DNA of 64,000 nucleotides, from contig NC_081383.1 of NCBI RefSeq assembly GCF_030684315.1, positions 22,737,942 through 22,801,941 of the forward strand. Reading direction: 5' to 3'. The notes under the pieces are model-generated. The model did not search any database. It had not been told where the DNA came from and saw only the letters and a program-made list of their open reading frames with translations. Positions 1-13,204 of the stretch are shown here, piece after piece. A program made the translations under genes and the position numbers. The first letter of the stretch is position 1. Each line of letters opens with the position of its first letter. The DNA comes from Stegostoma tigrinum (lineage: Eukaryota).

Positions 1-1099
1 TAGAATCTGGGGTCAACAGGGTTGAGGACAGTGTGACCAAAGATGGAACAGATGTTTCTCTACTTGTTGTTGGATCAAAATTCTGGAATTTGCCTCCTTA
101 AGAGCAACTATAATGAATGGTTGCTAGACCTTGCTAGGCACACACCCATGTCCTGATTTAGTTTTTTAATTTTAGAGTAGGAAGAATACAGACCATAGAG
201 GTGATGGAGATTTAAGAGGGAGAGAGAAGCAAGATGGAAGGATCTGATGACAACAGCACGAATTTTCAAACTCCTCTTTGGGGTCAGGGAGTTGATAAAT
301 AATAGCGAAAACAGGGGTGATATAGTTAAAAGACTTACTGCACTACCGAATGAGGCTAATGGGGTTTTGGGTGACTTGTGATTTGTAGAACCCATGAGAA
401 TAACAAAAAGTACCAATTAAGTCTGACAGTAACAAAGGTTTCAGTAACAGTGGGGATGAGTTGGAACAGAAGCAAAAAATGAAAGTTGAAAAATGTGGTC
501 TTCGTGGCAGTGAGAATGTGTAGTTGAAGCTCAGTTCAGGGTGAAACAGGAAACTGAGGTTATACAGTAATGGACTCATTCCGGGAAAGTTATGTAAAAT
601 ACTTGTGGATAAACACGCAGGTGGCAAATGTTTAATTATTGAGAAAATAGCTTTATAAATGGGTATAGTTTTTCTGGGTCCATGGTGCTAGCCTCAGAGG
701 TGGGTGGTCTAAAAATGGTGAGAGGTGACCAGGACAGCTTGTCAATGTACTCTGAGCAAGTGCAGCCGCTGTCTAATACAGTTTTCCTTGATAAGCTTGC
801 AAGTAGAAACAATTCTGAGGGTACTCTTGTCATTTTGCAAATGCCAGGGCACCCCATATGTGCAGCTCATTATAGAGGCCAACAGTTCAATGCCATCCTG
901 TGGCAAGCCAGATGGCCAACATCACGCTGCCAAGAAGTAACAACACTTAGAAAAATGCAGAGTTGGAGCCATGATAAATCCAATGTGGGAGATTCCGCTT
1001 ATAAACGCTTGACTGAACAGGCAAAGCGCAGCAAATGTATTCTCCCAGTCTTCCACCCTATTTCAGCAGCACCCACTTCATCTTGTTCTGGTTGCTGAG

Positions 1100-1222
1100 C
1101 CTCTGATTGGGTAAGAAGCACCAAGAATCCACCCACCATCACAAATGGGCTGGTACCACTTCCAAGAGGACTGCTCTACTGATCTTGATCCTGATAAGTG
1201 TGGATTTGGGGAACCATATGTG
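1100..1222 (+). repeat. Unclassified dispersed repeat, copy 1 (similar to 6681-6803)
   Basis: cctctgattgggtaagaagcacc...ccaccatcacaaatgggctggtacc...caagaggactgctct aligns by eye with cctctgattgggaaagaagcact...ccaccatcataaattggacggtacc...caagaggactgctct at 6681-6803. Confidence 0.7.
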
Positions 1223-1563
1223 GCAGCACAGTGGCTTAGTTGTTAGCACTGATGTCTCACAGCTCCAGGGGGACCTGGATTCAATTCCAGCCTCGGGTGA
1301 CTGTCTGTGTGGGGTTTGCACATTCTCCTGTGTCTGTGTGGGTTTTCACTGGGTGCTTTGGTTTTTTTCCACAGTCCAAAGATGTACAGGTTATTTGGAT
1401 TGGCCATGACAAATTGCCCATTGTATCCAGGGATGTGTAGATTAGGTGGATTAACCATGGGGAATGCTGGGTTACGGGTGTCTGGGTGGGATGCTGTTTG
1501 GAAGGTCAGTCCGGACTCGATGGGCTGAAAGAATTGCTTCCACACTCTGGGGATTCTATGATT
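1221..1563 (+). mobile_element. HE1-type V-SINE (tRNA-derived, shark)
   Basis: A box tggcttagttg, B box-like ggattcaattcc, V-domain gtgtggggtttgcacattctcc...ccacagtccaaagatgt, 3' tail ccacactctggggattctatgatt; similar to three other copies in the window. Confidence 0.9.
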
Positions 1564-1649
1564 ATATAATCAGAAAAGCCACAGTACAAATGCAAAGCAA
1601 TGGAGTAGTGCCTGGAAATATCTGAGTATACTAAGTGAAACAGTTAAAA

Positions 1650-2016
1650 ATGCGGGTGAGAGGAAACTCCAGAAGATTATAATTCACTGGGAAGTGGTCC
1701 TAAGTAAATTGTTGGAGGTGTGAACTGCCAAGCCCCCACATCCTAAAGGCCTTCACTCTAAGGTCTCAAAAGAAATGACTCATGAGATTGCTGCTGTGTT
1801 GGTCTTAATTTTCAAATTCCCTAGATTCAGGGGAAGGCCAATTAGATTGGAAATAGAAAGCAGGAAACTGCAGGCCTGATAGTTTAACATGTCACATGGA
1901 AGTTATTCAAAGGTATTATTCTAGGCATTACCTCGATTTTGTCTACCTGCTCTGCAATAATTGAGCAGAGTCATCATTTGTGAAAGGGAAATCTTGTTTA
2001 ACCAATATTTTGGAGT
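1650..2016 (+). mobile_element. Decayed CR1 LINE ORF2 (RT region) fragment
   Basis: Remnants of CR1 motifs: ttttcaaattccctagattcagg, aaagcaggaaactgcaggcctgatagtttaacat, cagagtcatcatttgtgaaagggaaatcttgtttaaccaat. Confidence 0.65.
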
Positions 2017-2460
2017 TTTTTTATTCATTAATGGATTGTGGGCATTTCAGGATTCAGCCAGTACCTCCTGTGGATCCTGACCTACTCTTGAGGGATTCCA
2101 GGTGAGCTGCATTCCTGAATTACTGCAGTTGACACAGTGTAGGTACACTAGCAGTTCTGTTAGGGACGGTGCTCCAGGTTTTTAACCCAGTGGCCCTGAA
2201 GAAGTGCTGGTATTTTTCCAAGCTATGAATGTCTGTGGCTTGAAGGGTTAACTTACAAAGCAGTGGTGTTCCCATATAACTGCTGCCCTAGAAACTCTGG
2301 ATTTCAAAGGAGTTGTCCAAGGGCCTTTGTGAGTTGTTCAAGTGCATTTTGCACATGGTATACATTGCTGTCACAGTGCATCACTGGCTGAGGGAGTGAA
2401 TGTTGAAAGTGTTAGATGGCATGCCAAATAAGTGGGTTTTTTTTGTCCTGGATGGTGTTG
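2017..2460 (-). mobile_element. 3' end of CR1/L2-group LINE (same family as 57862-62460 and 62964-63188)
   Basis: Reverse complement resembles the 3' segments at 57990-58110 and 62152-62460; A-rich tail seen as ttttttattcattaatgg. Confidence 0.7.
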
Positions 2461-4777
2461 GAAAATTAAGGTTTCTGGGAAAAGAAAACTGATCTTGCAA
2501 TGAGTCAGCATATAAGTGTAACACTGTTAGGATCGTGCATATGTTTTCTTCTTGTGAATGCAGACCAGGGATTTCCACATTACTATTGGATACATTCAGT
2601 GTTTATGTTGGATTATACTGGACAGAGTAAATAAGGAGGTAAGAAACACATTTTCCAAGGTCTGTAAGAGTCATCAATGAAGTGGTTAATTTTTACTGGC
2701 AATCTTCATTCAGCTGTTAGTTTCTTTCAGAGGTTACCTGGTTTATGTTACAAAAATTCACCAAATTTCTTGGGAGACTTTCATCTCCCATGAAGCCTCA
2801 TTATTTATACTGCCTTCAGATAAGGTGGTAAGCTGCTGGTGGGCTGCATCTCATTTTCTACCAAGCAGTACTATTACATCTGTTGTTGTCTAATTAATTT
2901 CACTGTATTGAAATGTGTAAAATGCATCCCGTGTCATGAGAGTTTAGCAAATATTTAATGTTCGGATAATAGTTTGGGACTGAGACTTGATTTCTGCTGC
3001 ACTGGAATGTTGATAAACCTCCAGAGCTATCGACAGCCTCATGCTCTCTAATAGTCAGGCACTGGGAACAGTGCCTACAGAGTTGACAGCTCTGAACCCT
3101 TGAAATGTTGAACCCAGCCATCTGAATTCCAGATGTTGTATCAAGTGGATCAGGCACAAGAACGTCGTGTTTGAGCTGTGACCTTGGTAAGCTGGCTGCT
3201 TACAAACATAAGCGTTAAAAAGCTGAGTTTCACCACATCCAATACAGCTGGTAAAGCAGCAGTAAAGTCTGAGGTCACAGTTCACCATTCCGATTACTTG
3301 GCTTTGCTTGCCCACATTCCCAGAACAGAAGCCTGCTATTCAGTAAAAAAAAATGAGGGAAGAAAAAGCAATTTACGTTAATGCAAAAAATAGTAAAATG
3401 ACTGGCTTAAACTTTAATACTCTCAGTTCACGACATATGGGAAAGACCATATTGATCTATTCTCCATTAATCTCCTAGATCATTCTCCAAGCAAACAAAT
3501 ACAAATACTCCCGCTTAAAGAGGAAAGAAATGCCTCACGCTGCTGCATTATTTTAACACTCTAGGGTATTACAGTAATGGCAAAAGACAGGAAATTGCCA
3601 ATTAGACAAAGTGTGTTGTGCAAAACTGAGTTACTGTATTGTAAAGTTGCAGAGGCTCGTCCTGGATTTTCTTAAAACATGATGACAGAAATATGTTTTC
3701 TTAAAAAAAAATTTGGCCTGCTCAATTATGTCTGTTCACCTTAGACTTTACATTCGATTTTTGTACAATACAAGTAATTGTATACAAGTTTTTTTTGTTG
3801 TTGAAACGCGTGTTCTTTTAAAACAAAATTTGATGTGCAGAAGAAATTGGGAGCACAGTCAATCGGGAAGTGTCCAATCTTCTTCCAGGCCTAGAATTTG
3901 CTTCAATCGAACCAATGGTGGAGGTCACTGAGGTTCAATTTTTATTTGCGTGAGGGGATGGAAATGAAGGAAAGCTGTTTATTTGCTTTTGAATTCTTAG
4001 CCACCTGCGCAGCAGAGTCTCTTGTTGTCTAAATAGCCTCACTGTAGTTGGACAGCAAATTTTAAAATTCCTGCTTTGAGGACAGTTTTGTTTCACACTT
4101 AAGTCTTTAGATATAAGGAGCCCCTGCAAACCAAAACATAGCCACTAAAATCAGAAAGCACTTTCTGAGTAAATCTCAGAAATAACCTTTGGAAATAACA
4201 GCTGAAAAATGACCCCTGGTTGTTACAATTTTGCAAAACTTTCAGCTCACTACTCTCCTCCTGCAGGATACTTTGCACCATCTCCATGATGGTCATTACT
4301 CTATTCTAGTGCCAGGAAGGCATCAAACTATTCGGGAATGATAGACAAGTGGGACTAAATATGTATTAGGTTACAGGCAGCAAAAAATGGAAGAAAATAG
4401 ATTATAGAGGGTATAAAATGGGAGGCCAGCCAGAGAGAATTGCAATAATCAAGGCCCAATATGATAAAGCAGTTAAGTGATGGCTTCAACAATAGAATGA
4501 GTTAAGGCCAGGTGGAGATGGACAAAAATACAGAGGTGGAAGAAAACAGTTTTATGAAATTGAACCTAATCTCAGGGTCAGATCAGATACCAATACTAAA
4601 ACTTCATTTTAACTAAACTTCATTTGTAGCCAATAGTCAGGAAGTGGGATAATACTGAGGGCTTGAAAAGATTTTGTGGCAGAGTTTGAAGAGAAAAGAC
4701 ATTCATCATGACAAATCTGAGGCAGTTAATGGGTTTATTGACATTGTGGTGACACAGAACTGGTTGTTATCAGCATA

Positions 4778-5063
4778 TCTAGAATCACAGAATCCCTACA
4801 GTGTGGAAACAGGTCCTTTGGCCCAACAAGTCCACACTGACCCTCAGAGCATTCCACCCACACCAACCTTACCTACACTTCCATGAACACTACGGGCAAT
4901 TTCCCATGGCCAATCCACCTAACCTAAACATCTTTGGACTGTGGGAGGAAACCAGAACACCCAGAGGAAACCCATGTAGACACGGGGAGAATGTGCAAAC
5001 TTCACACAGACAGTCACCCGAGGGTGGAATTGAACCTGGGTCCCTGGTGCTAACCACTGAGCA
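4778..5063 (-). mobile_element. HE1-type V-SINE
   Basis: agaatcacagaatccctacagtgtggaaacagg tail; gacacggggagaatgtgcaaacttcacacagacagtcacccgagg V-domain; tgctaaccactgagc A-box complement. Confidence 0.9.
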
Positions 5064-5849
5064 CACTTTTGGATGATGCCAGTGAGAGAGAGTCACTCTA
5101 AGTACTTTGACTGGCTTGTAACAAAAACTAATTTCAGTTATTTGCTTGAATTTTAGCAATTTGGTTAATTTCACCCAATTTTTTTTTAATGGAATCCACC
5201 CATCACCACACACCGTATTCCTTGGTGAAGCTACAAGAGTGAGGCAGTAATCGAGAGCGCACTTCTGGAGGTGACATTACATCATTTAAAGACCTTAGTC
5301 TGATTTAGCCCCTTCAGGTTTCCAACTCCTCAGCTGCGTTCTGACTACAATATTATAATAGAGTGGAGACACGATACGAGCTTACCATAGCATCTCACTG
5401 CAGCACTGCATTCTCTGACCTATTGTTCAAATAGTCAAACTCAGTTATAAACATCAAAACCTGCCGCATAATGCTAGCATAATGGGAATTAAATACCTAC
5501 GGTCTTTCCAGCATATCCCTTACGTAACTTCAGCGCATATCTGGCAGATAGGTCAACAATCCATCAAATTTGTGATTGTGTTTTGCACCAAGATGTTTAG
5601 AAAATTCTTACATATGGTAAATGGAGGAAGCCTGCCCTTGGTATATTGTGTTTCAAAACATATGCAGAAGTACGTCTCAAGATACAGGACATCACAGGCA
5701 TGGCTCTGGGCTTGAGCATTCAGGATTCAACTACAATATGTCCAAAAATAACTGAGAATTTACAAAGTCAGCAGTCACATGCTTTCTCTGATGGTGCCTG
5801 CATTAAGTACTATTCTAATTCTGTAAAATTACAACACGAAACCTGACTT

Positions 5850-6550
5850 CATTCTCCCTTGATACCCTCACAACTCAAATCCTCATCATTGTTCTCTTGT
5901 ACTTAATTGCTGCTCTCTTTGGCATCACATACTCATCTTTAAAATTATTATATCAACTTATTTTGCAAAAGTCTGTGTCCAATCCTTCCATTCTCTCTTC
6001 CTAATACCCCATCCCAATATTTACTATCTCTGCAGAATTTGGAAATTTGTGGTTACCACCCAAATCTATGGTCACCTTTTCCTTTTTCTATAACAAATAT
6101 CAGCCAAAGCATCACAAACATCTCGATTTTACTTGTTGATGACTTTTTATGTAAATATGACATTGTTGAATTATTCCACCTCAAACTCTTGACATTATTT
6201 GACACGATCAAACACACCACTCTTCTTCACTGTTTTGCTTCAGTGATCCAACTCAGGCTAATGACAATATTCAAACATATTCAACCCTCGGCTAGTCCCT
6301 CTCATGTAAAGGCTTTTCTTTCTCAGCCCGTCGGTCAGCTCATAACTGCCAAGGTCTCAATTTTTTTGTCTCTATGTTGAACCATTGACTTCTTTCTTAA
6401 TCATAAGGTGGCGTTTCATCATGTTTGCTCGTATACCAAGTTTTACCTCTCCATTATTTTTGCCATCAAGTTGTCATTGAACAGAATCTTCTCCAGCTCA
6501 ACGTTGGCAAAATTGTGAGATCATTGAGGTTCAGTCAGACACTCTACACC
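5850..6550 (+). mobile_element. Highly decayed L2-like LINE RT fragment
   Basis: ORF 6039-6380 contains LLTLFDTIKHTTLLHCF, resembling the L2 RT motif AFDTVDHxxLLxxL; pyrimidine-rich sense strand. Confidence 0.5.
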
Positions 6551-6680
6551 TGAAATATAGTGGGTCTACTCTGCTATTTTTCCACAGTTAGTGAGTCCCC
6601 ACAAGAGCACACGCACAGGCCACCCATCTCAGAAGCACCCAGGTCTCCTTGTAGGCTGGCGAGACTCTAGAATTGTTTAC

Positions 6681-6803
6681 CCTCTGATTGGGAAAGAAGC
6701 ACTGAGAACTAACCCACCATCATAAATTGGACGGTACCATCTTCAAGAGGACTGCTCTGATTATCTTGTTCCTAGTAAGTATAGGTTTTGAAACCAGATG
6801 TAG
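6681..6803 (+). repeat. Unclassified dispersed repeat, copy 2 (similar to 1100-1222)
   Basis: Direct similarity to 1100-1222. Confidence 0.7.
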
Positions 6804-6989
6804 TGGAACAACCAATATTGAAAAGTCAAGGCAATGGAGATTGGGTGGAAAGTGTCCAGACACAACTGTGTATATTCAGTGAAAAGACGTCAAAGGGTAT
6901 GAATGAAAGCAAACCATGAAAATCAAATACAAAACGGAGATTGTGACAGTGCAGTGCTAATAACGGTATTAACACGATGCATAGGGTTG

Positions 6990-7700
6990 GCCTAAGTTCA
7001 GGTAACCAGAACGTAGAAGCCATTTTAGAGGAGATTAGATTGACAGAAGTGAGATGTCACTTATGGCAGCAGCTACAATTCACATAACAGTCACCAGGCA
7101 GTAGGGTGCAGTATAAAGAAATTTTGGGAGTTTATTAGAAAGGTACAGTGATAATTGTAGCACATTACAATCTAAAATGATGGGCAAAAACTGCCTAGAT
7201 GAGGAGTTCAAAGAATGTTTTTGGATAGTTTCTTAAAACAACTTGTCTGGAGCTGACCAGACAGCAGGCTATACTAGAACTGTTACTGGCAAAGAGATAG
7301 TGTTAATGAATGACCTCTTAGAGAAGGCATCCTATGTTACAGTGTTCATAATATGATTAAATTTACGTTTACTTTGAGGGAGAGAACAGTGGGTCCAAGG
7401 CTAGTATTTTAAAGTTAAATAAATCAGTTAAGAAAGGAAAGCTAGCTAAACTGAACTTGTAAATTACATTAAGGGTTAGGTTAACAGAAATGTAGCGCCT
7501 GGCATCTGAGGGACTTTTCAGAATACAGAGAATAGATCCATTTCACTAAGAACTTAATAGACCCATTTCAATTCAAAATAAAAATTCCAAGGAAAGGATC
7601 CGCAATCCATAGTTTACTAAAAGTTTAAAATTATATGAAACTCGAAGAAAAAACATGTAATTATTCAAAGATCAAAAGATTGAACATTATAAGATTTAAA
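6990..7700 (+). mobile_element. Decayed CR1 LINE endonuclease/linker fragment
   Basis: CR1-like remnants: gaggagttcaaagaatg, gaccagacagcaggctatactagaact (PTR..AILDL-like), agtgttcataatatgattaaattt (SDHN-like). Confidence 0.55.
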
Positions 7701-7850
7701 GAGCCCTGCTGACATGGAACTTATCCTTCATTGAGTGTAAATGAAAACATCTTACTGCCATGCTGTATTCATATCATCAATCTTAGAACCACTACTGTTA
7801 AAGTTTTTATTCTGAATTTCCTCCTTTCAGCCATTAGCTCTGAAACTGTA

Positions 7851-7990
7851 TCAGAGATAATAGGGACTCCAGATGCTGGAGAATCCGAGATAACAATGAT
7901 GAAGGGTGAAGGTCCGAAACATCAGCCTTCCTGCCCCTATGATGTTGCTTGGCCTGCTGTGTCCATCCAGCTCTATACTTTGTTAGTTAA
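7851..7990. mobile_element. PLE terminal-repeat mini-element (family 1), inverted structure, degenerate hammerhead
   Basis: Tail segment joined to inverted tgatgaagggtgaaggtccgaaacatcagc...; exact 9-bp flanking direct repeat gaaactgta (7842-7850, 7991-7999). Confidence 0.8.
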
Positions 7991-9189
7991 GAAACTGTAG
8001 CTTCATTCAAAATTTCACAGCACTCTTACTTTGCTGCTTATAATGCCATTAAGCCATCATCCTTGGCCTTTACAACTTCCACTGATTCCTCAAACCTCAA
8101 TCTGTCCACTCCCTCATTCTACCATACTCTTCCACTTCTTCCACTCCTACTTCACATTTCCCACTATTCCCTTTCCAGCTGTAGTCAACTGAGTGTTTTC
8201 AGCTTTCTCCCTTTATCATTTGTGATAGAGTTTTCATTCATTCCACCCCTGCCCTTTTTCGGACTCTTCTGCCAATTCCCTCTCCCTTGCCTCATCAAGC
8301 GCTCATAAAATCCTCCTGAAATCTGAGACTATGTGCTTAATTCCCCATTAAGTTTGCTTAGCCCTGACCTAGAACTGTGAATGGCCTGGGTCATTTTGCT
8401 AAATTTAAAACACTAAAAAAGTTATCTGAACACAACAGCATGAACCCAGTACAAAAAATGCACATTCCTGATGGTTCATTGATTGTAACAGCATAGAATT
8501 AAAATTTTATTCAAAAAAAGTGATGATTTTTAAAAAAAATTAACACATGAATACAGCAACTGAAAAGCTCAACAATCTGGTTGAACTTTGTCCTTCAGAC
8601 CTCAGTTTAAGCTTCCTCATACTGACAGGAAACAGTTGGGATTTTCTACTAGACAAACAGCCTTGAACTTGAGTTCTGCACCTCTGACCCTGCTAGAATC
8701 CAAAAATACAAGCACTTACTGGCACAATGTTTCTAGCACAGGCTTTCATTTTAACTGTCTTTGTCCCAGATAAATTTCAACCAGGGTCTGACTGTGACAA
8801 AGCAGGTACATGAGTATCGTCTGTTAGACTTTGGATGTTTTCATGCAGCACAGAGAATTGCAGTCTCAGTGAATTAAGATTTTTAATGGGAAATTGATTT
8901 TATTGATTACTCCATTGTGTAAAGTACGGAAAATTAAGTAACTATGTCCAACAACTAAATATTCATCTTTTCCCAGAGACCAACTGCAAAAATTTAAAGA
9001 TGGAAGTACTATTTGGGCATTGGGCTTGATATATTATGGTGTTCGAATTTTCTGCCATTTTACAAAGTAAAAGAACATTTCCTCATAAAAATGTTTTCTC
9101 TCATACTTCTTCACTTTTAGCAACAGTGATCATGAAGTGTTGAGATGCTACTCCATTAATATTCCAACTGCATGTATCTACTTACTTCA

Positions 9190-9506
9190 CCAGGATTCTT
9201 CCAGATTCTCTGGACTCTGGAACAGTTCTTAAAAGCAAGAACTTCCTTCCTCAGATAAGAATATCAAATCTGCATTCAATATTCCAGGTGTGGTCTCACC
9301 AATGCCCTGTATAATTGCAGCAAGTCATCCTTGCTTTTGTAATCAAATCCCCTCACTAGGAAGGCCAATGTACCAGTTACTTCCCTTACCATCTGCTGTG
9401 CTTGTATGCTTACCTTCAATGACTGGTGTACAAGGATGATGAATGGCAGAGCAGATTCAAAGGACCGAATGACCTAATCCTGCTCCCATCTTCCACGTCT
9501 CTATGA
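9190..9506. mobile_element. CR1 LINE fragments in both orientations
   Basis: Minus-strand caatattccaggtgtggtctcaccaatgccctgtataattgcagcaag, followed by plus-strand CR1 tail gaatggcagagcagattcaaaggaccgaatgacctaatcctgctcc. Confidence 0.7.
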
Positions 9507-10030
9507 ATAAGGCCACTTCCTACTCACCAGAGGTCTTCAAGCACCAACAGCAACAGAACTGACAGAATGGAGGACTTTTTTTATTTCTTCTTTACTGTTG
9601 CCAGTCAGTTATTGTTGGCAAAACCAAGCTGACAAAACCTACCCAATGCCCAGCCACTGACATTCGAATATCTTTGTTCCGTGTGTTTGGAAGTGCTATG
9701 GTTTTATATGAGGAGCGTTCTCACAGCAGAGTGTAATCTTTATAACCCAGACCAAATTCCTACATTGTAGAACTGAGAATATTACAGTGATTCAGTGTTA
9801 TCCAGATGTATAAAAATGTCATGAGAACCTACATCAGACTAACGTCAGGATTCCTTGGGAAGATCTAACACAAAACTGGAGATAAAATTGTTCGTATCAA
9901 GCAACTGCAATATCGTCCAGCACACTGCTATCGTCCTCCTCACTGCTGCTTCCTGTTCAATGACAGACATTGCCTTGCTCTGTGAGGTTCCCAGTAACTG
10001 CAGTTGCACGCTCATACATGTAAAATCATT

Positions 10031-10367
10031 ATCATAGAACAATACAGCGCAGAGCAGGCCCTTCGGCCCTCGATGTTGCGCTGACCTGTGAACTAATCTA
10101 AGCCCTTCCCCCTACACTATCCCATCATTATCCATATGCTTATCCAGGGACTGTTTAAATGCCCCTAATGTGGCTGAGTTAACTACATTGGCAGGCAGGG
10201 CGTTCCATGCCCTTACCACTCTGAGTAAAGAACCTGCCTCTGACATCTGTCTTACATCTATCACCCCTCACGTAGCTATGCCCCCTTGTACAAGCTGAAG
10301 TCCTCATCCTCGGAAAAAGACTCTCTCTGTCCACCCTATCTAATCCTCTGATCATCTTGTATGTCTA
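10031..10367 (-). mobile_element. CR1/HER1 LINE 3' end
   Basis: catagaacaatacagcgcagagcaggcccttcggccc tail; ggcagggcgttccatgcccttaccactct (RVVRAWNALP motif on the minus strand). Confidence 0.85.
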
Positions 10368-11094
10368 AAGCAATCAGTTGTGTTGTTATGTTTGAGACAG
10401 ATGTATGAGATAGCTGATAAAGGAAATTTAAGCATTCTTTTAATAGTTATCTCAAAACAATGATGGGAATACACTGTTCCAAAGGGGGAAGAACATGAAA
10501 TTTTGATTGCTAGCACTTACTATTCGAAGTAAAGGGTACTGTTTAGTGTGCAAAATGCAACGTCCTCTAAGGGTACAGTGTGCACATCATGATGAAAATC
10601 AGCTCACAATAGTTGTTTGATGCCAGAGATGCCATCTTGAAGTTGTGCAATCCAGCAAATGCTCTCACTTAACTTTGCTCAGCTGACATGAATTAAACAG
10701 TAGACCAAGCAGCCCATCAATGGCATTGAAAGGGACCATCCACTATACACAGGTCAGTGTTGATTAACTTACTCTGGTTGCTGCTTTGATTCTACAAGTG
10801 TTTAATGCTTTCTATAACTATTAAAAGAAGAAAGTGGATCTGTGTAGGAAATGCTGAAGTAATTCTTCCTTCTTCAATGCTTCCACTCAAATTAGTTGCT
10901 CCAAGTAATGGGGACATTAGTAGCCATTCCTTTGGAGAATGAACAGAAGCCACAGAAAGCAGATCCCTGGAAGACAGAGGAGGATGCGGGAGAAGGAATT
11001 TCAGCACAAGGCCATATTTGCCCTTCTCATATGAACAATTCTAACATCTCAAATGAGGTGGGGAACAATGTATAAGGTATCTTCACTTTTCCTT

Positions 11095-11418
11095 ATTTTT
11101 TAATGGGACATAGGCAAGGCCAACATTTGTTGTTCATCCCTAATTGCCCTTGAATTAAGTGGGCAATCAGAGGATGTTTAGAAATCAACCACATTGCTGT
11201 GGGTCTGGAGTCACATGTGTCAGACCAGATAAGAATAACAAATTTTGTTTCCTAAAGGGCATTAGTGAAACAGATGGATTTCACCATTACTAAGATTAGC
11301 CTTCAACTGCACATTTATTAACTGAATGTAAATTCCATCAGATTCTGTAGTGGTAAGAACACTAGTCTGGGCCTCTAGATTGCTATTCCTTTAACATTAT
11401 CAATAGACCATCCCTCCT
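11095..11418 (-). mobile_element. tRNA-derived SINE with LINE-derived 3' tail (family shared with 11985, 46113, 53496)
   Basis: Body caaccacattgctgtgggtctggagtcacatgt; tail catccctaattgcccttg is complementary to the LINE tail at about 62395-62460. Confidence 0.75.
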
Positions 11419-11984
11419 TCCCACTAAGTGAAGGCTGAAATCTGACACAGCCACTACTGGCAACATCAGAGCTGGCAAAACAACACGTCAGCAGCCAATG
11501 TGTGATGTTCTTTTATGCATCTGCCTCCTTTGAATCTAGAGCTCGAGATATTTCCAACCATTTTGCAGTTGCTGTCCCCTGTTGCATGATCGAGGTCATT
11601 GATGCTTTTTACTCATTGAGAGCTAACTCTGAGGTGCAACCCATGTGTGCGTGTGCAGCATGCATGCAATAAAACTATTCCACTGCACAAAAGGCAACAC
11701 TGCAGAGCAGTGGCCTGCTGAGAGAACAAATCATGCACCACTTAAGTATATGCTGAAGTATGATCTTCTTGTTCATAATTCTTTACACAGATTAAAGTGA
11801 TTCAACACTATACTACTGACTGTGATCAGGCACTTGGTTTTCAGTGTTGGGCATGAAGAGTGGTGTGGCCCCGGAGGGGATTCTGCCACCCCCTGCACTC
11901 TGTCCATATACAGTGGCTGGAAAGGAAGTTGAAGGAGAGAATACTGGAAAAGAAAAGCAACTCAGGCATTCACAAAAGTTTTTT

Positions 11985-12288
11985 GAATTAGCATTTATTA
12001 GGCCAATCCTAATTGCCCAGAAGGTGGTTTAGAGCCAACTACATGGTTGTGGGTGTGGAGTCACATGTAGGCCAGCAGTTTCCTTCGCTAAAGAACATTA
12101 ATGAATTGGATAGAGTTTTCAAACAATTGACAAAGGATTCCTGGCCACCATTAATTCCAGTTTTTTTTAATACTGAATTCACATTCTACCATTTGCTGTG
12201 GTGGGATTCAAACCCTGGGTGTCCTGGACATTACTGGAGTCTCTGGATTAATAGTTTGGTAATAACACCACTAAGCCATTGCCTCCCC
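11985..12288 (-). mobile_element. tRNA-derived SINE, same family
   Basis: Minus-strand head ggggaggcaatggcttagtggtgttatt (A box) and gggtttgaatccc (B box); head nearly matches 46113. Confidence 0.85.
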
Positions 12289-12458
12289 TAATGTTAAAAT
12301 TCAATATATTTTGAGAATTAGCCACTGGATGACCACTATTCGATTGTTATTGGATCTCCACACTTGTAGATAAAGATTAACAGTAATCTCAATTTTTAGA
12401 AAAGTAGTGCAATGAACTGGATGACCTCAATGCCTGATGCTTCAATGTCAGAAAGAAA

Positions 12459-12887
12459 ATAGACCAATAGGATTCTTTGAAACCACAAGATTTTTTGGAG
12501 TGTTGCTCCTTCATCACGTGAACTGGGGGAAAGTGTATGGGCACAGAATTTATGGGCGGAGAAATAATGGCAAGATAATTCCAGGTATTTAAGAGTGTCA
12601 ACACTATTTAACACTTTTGATCACCTTCAAACACTTACTAATTCAGCCCATCAACACACCACTCACACAATTTGTACTTATCTGGCGATACTCTTAATTA
12701 CCTGGAATTATCTTGCCATTATCTCTCTGCCCACAAATTCTGTGCCTGTGTACTTTCCCTCACTTCACCTGATGAGGGAGCAGTGTGCCAAAAAGCATAT
12801 GTTTTCAAATAAACCTGTTGGACTGCAACCTGGTGGTAAGTGACTTCTGACTTTGTCCACCAAAGTCTGACATCAGCATCTCTACAT
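12459..12887. mobile_element. PLE-like terminal repeat, family 3, inverted pair, each arm with a degenerate hammerhead
   Basis: 12459-12599 is the reverse complement of about 12687-12826; the ORF track shows near-identical peptides on opposite strands; cores ctgatgagggagcagtgtgccaaaaag (+, 12769) and gtgatgaaggagcaacactccaaaaa (-, from 12517). Confidence 0.7.
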
Positions 12888-13204
12888 TACGTGTTCTCTT
12901 TGACTGAGGCTCTACCCTGAGAGGCCAATCTCTCTGGGTAAAAGCTAACACCAGCTGGAAGATTCGGTATCATCTAACCTGTAAGTATTAGCCCTGAAAC
13001 ATTACTTAGACTAAGTAATCATACCATCTTAATGGCAATCAGCAGTACAATATTATATATGAAAGAATACTATTTAATAAGGTGAGGGAATTCCCAGTGG
13101 CCTTTCAACACTCTGAATCAGCCTGCATTCTGAATGGTTCAACATCACACATTTGTAGTCTTGACTCAGATAGTCTAGGAAAAGATATTTAGCCGTTGTG
13201 AGCC

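Noticed and set aside
60-560. Purine-rich stretch and ORFs 108-416 and 343-627, possibly an L2 remnant on the minus strand
   Set aside because: Only compositional similarity; no diagnostic motif I can point to
682-1098. 138-aa ORF
   Set aside because: No recognisable domain or splice context; this length is expected by chance
4400-4700. Possible minus-strand L2 RT remnant with a short tandem duplication (actaaa(a)cttcattt x2)
   Set aside because: Too decayed to bound or support; the duplication is trivial
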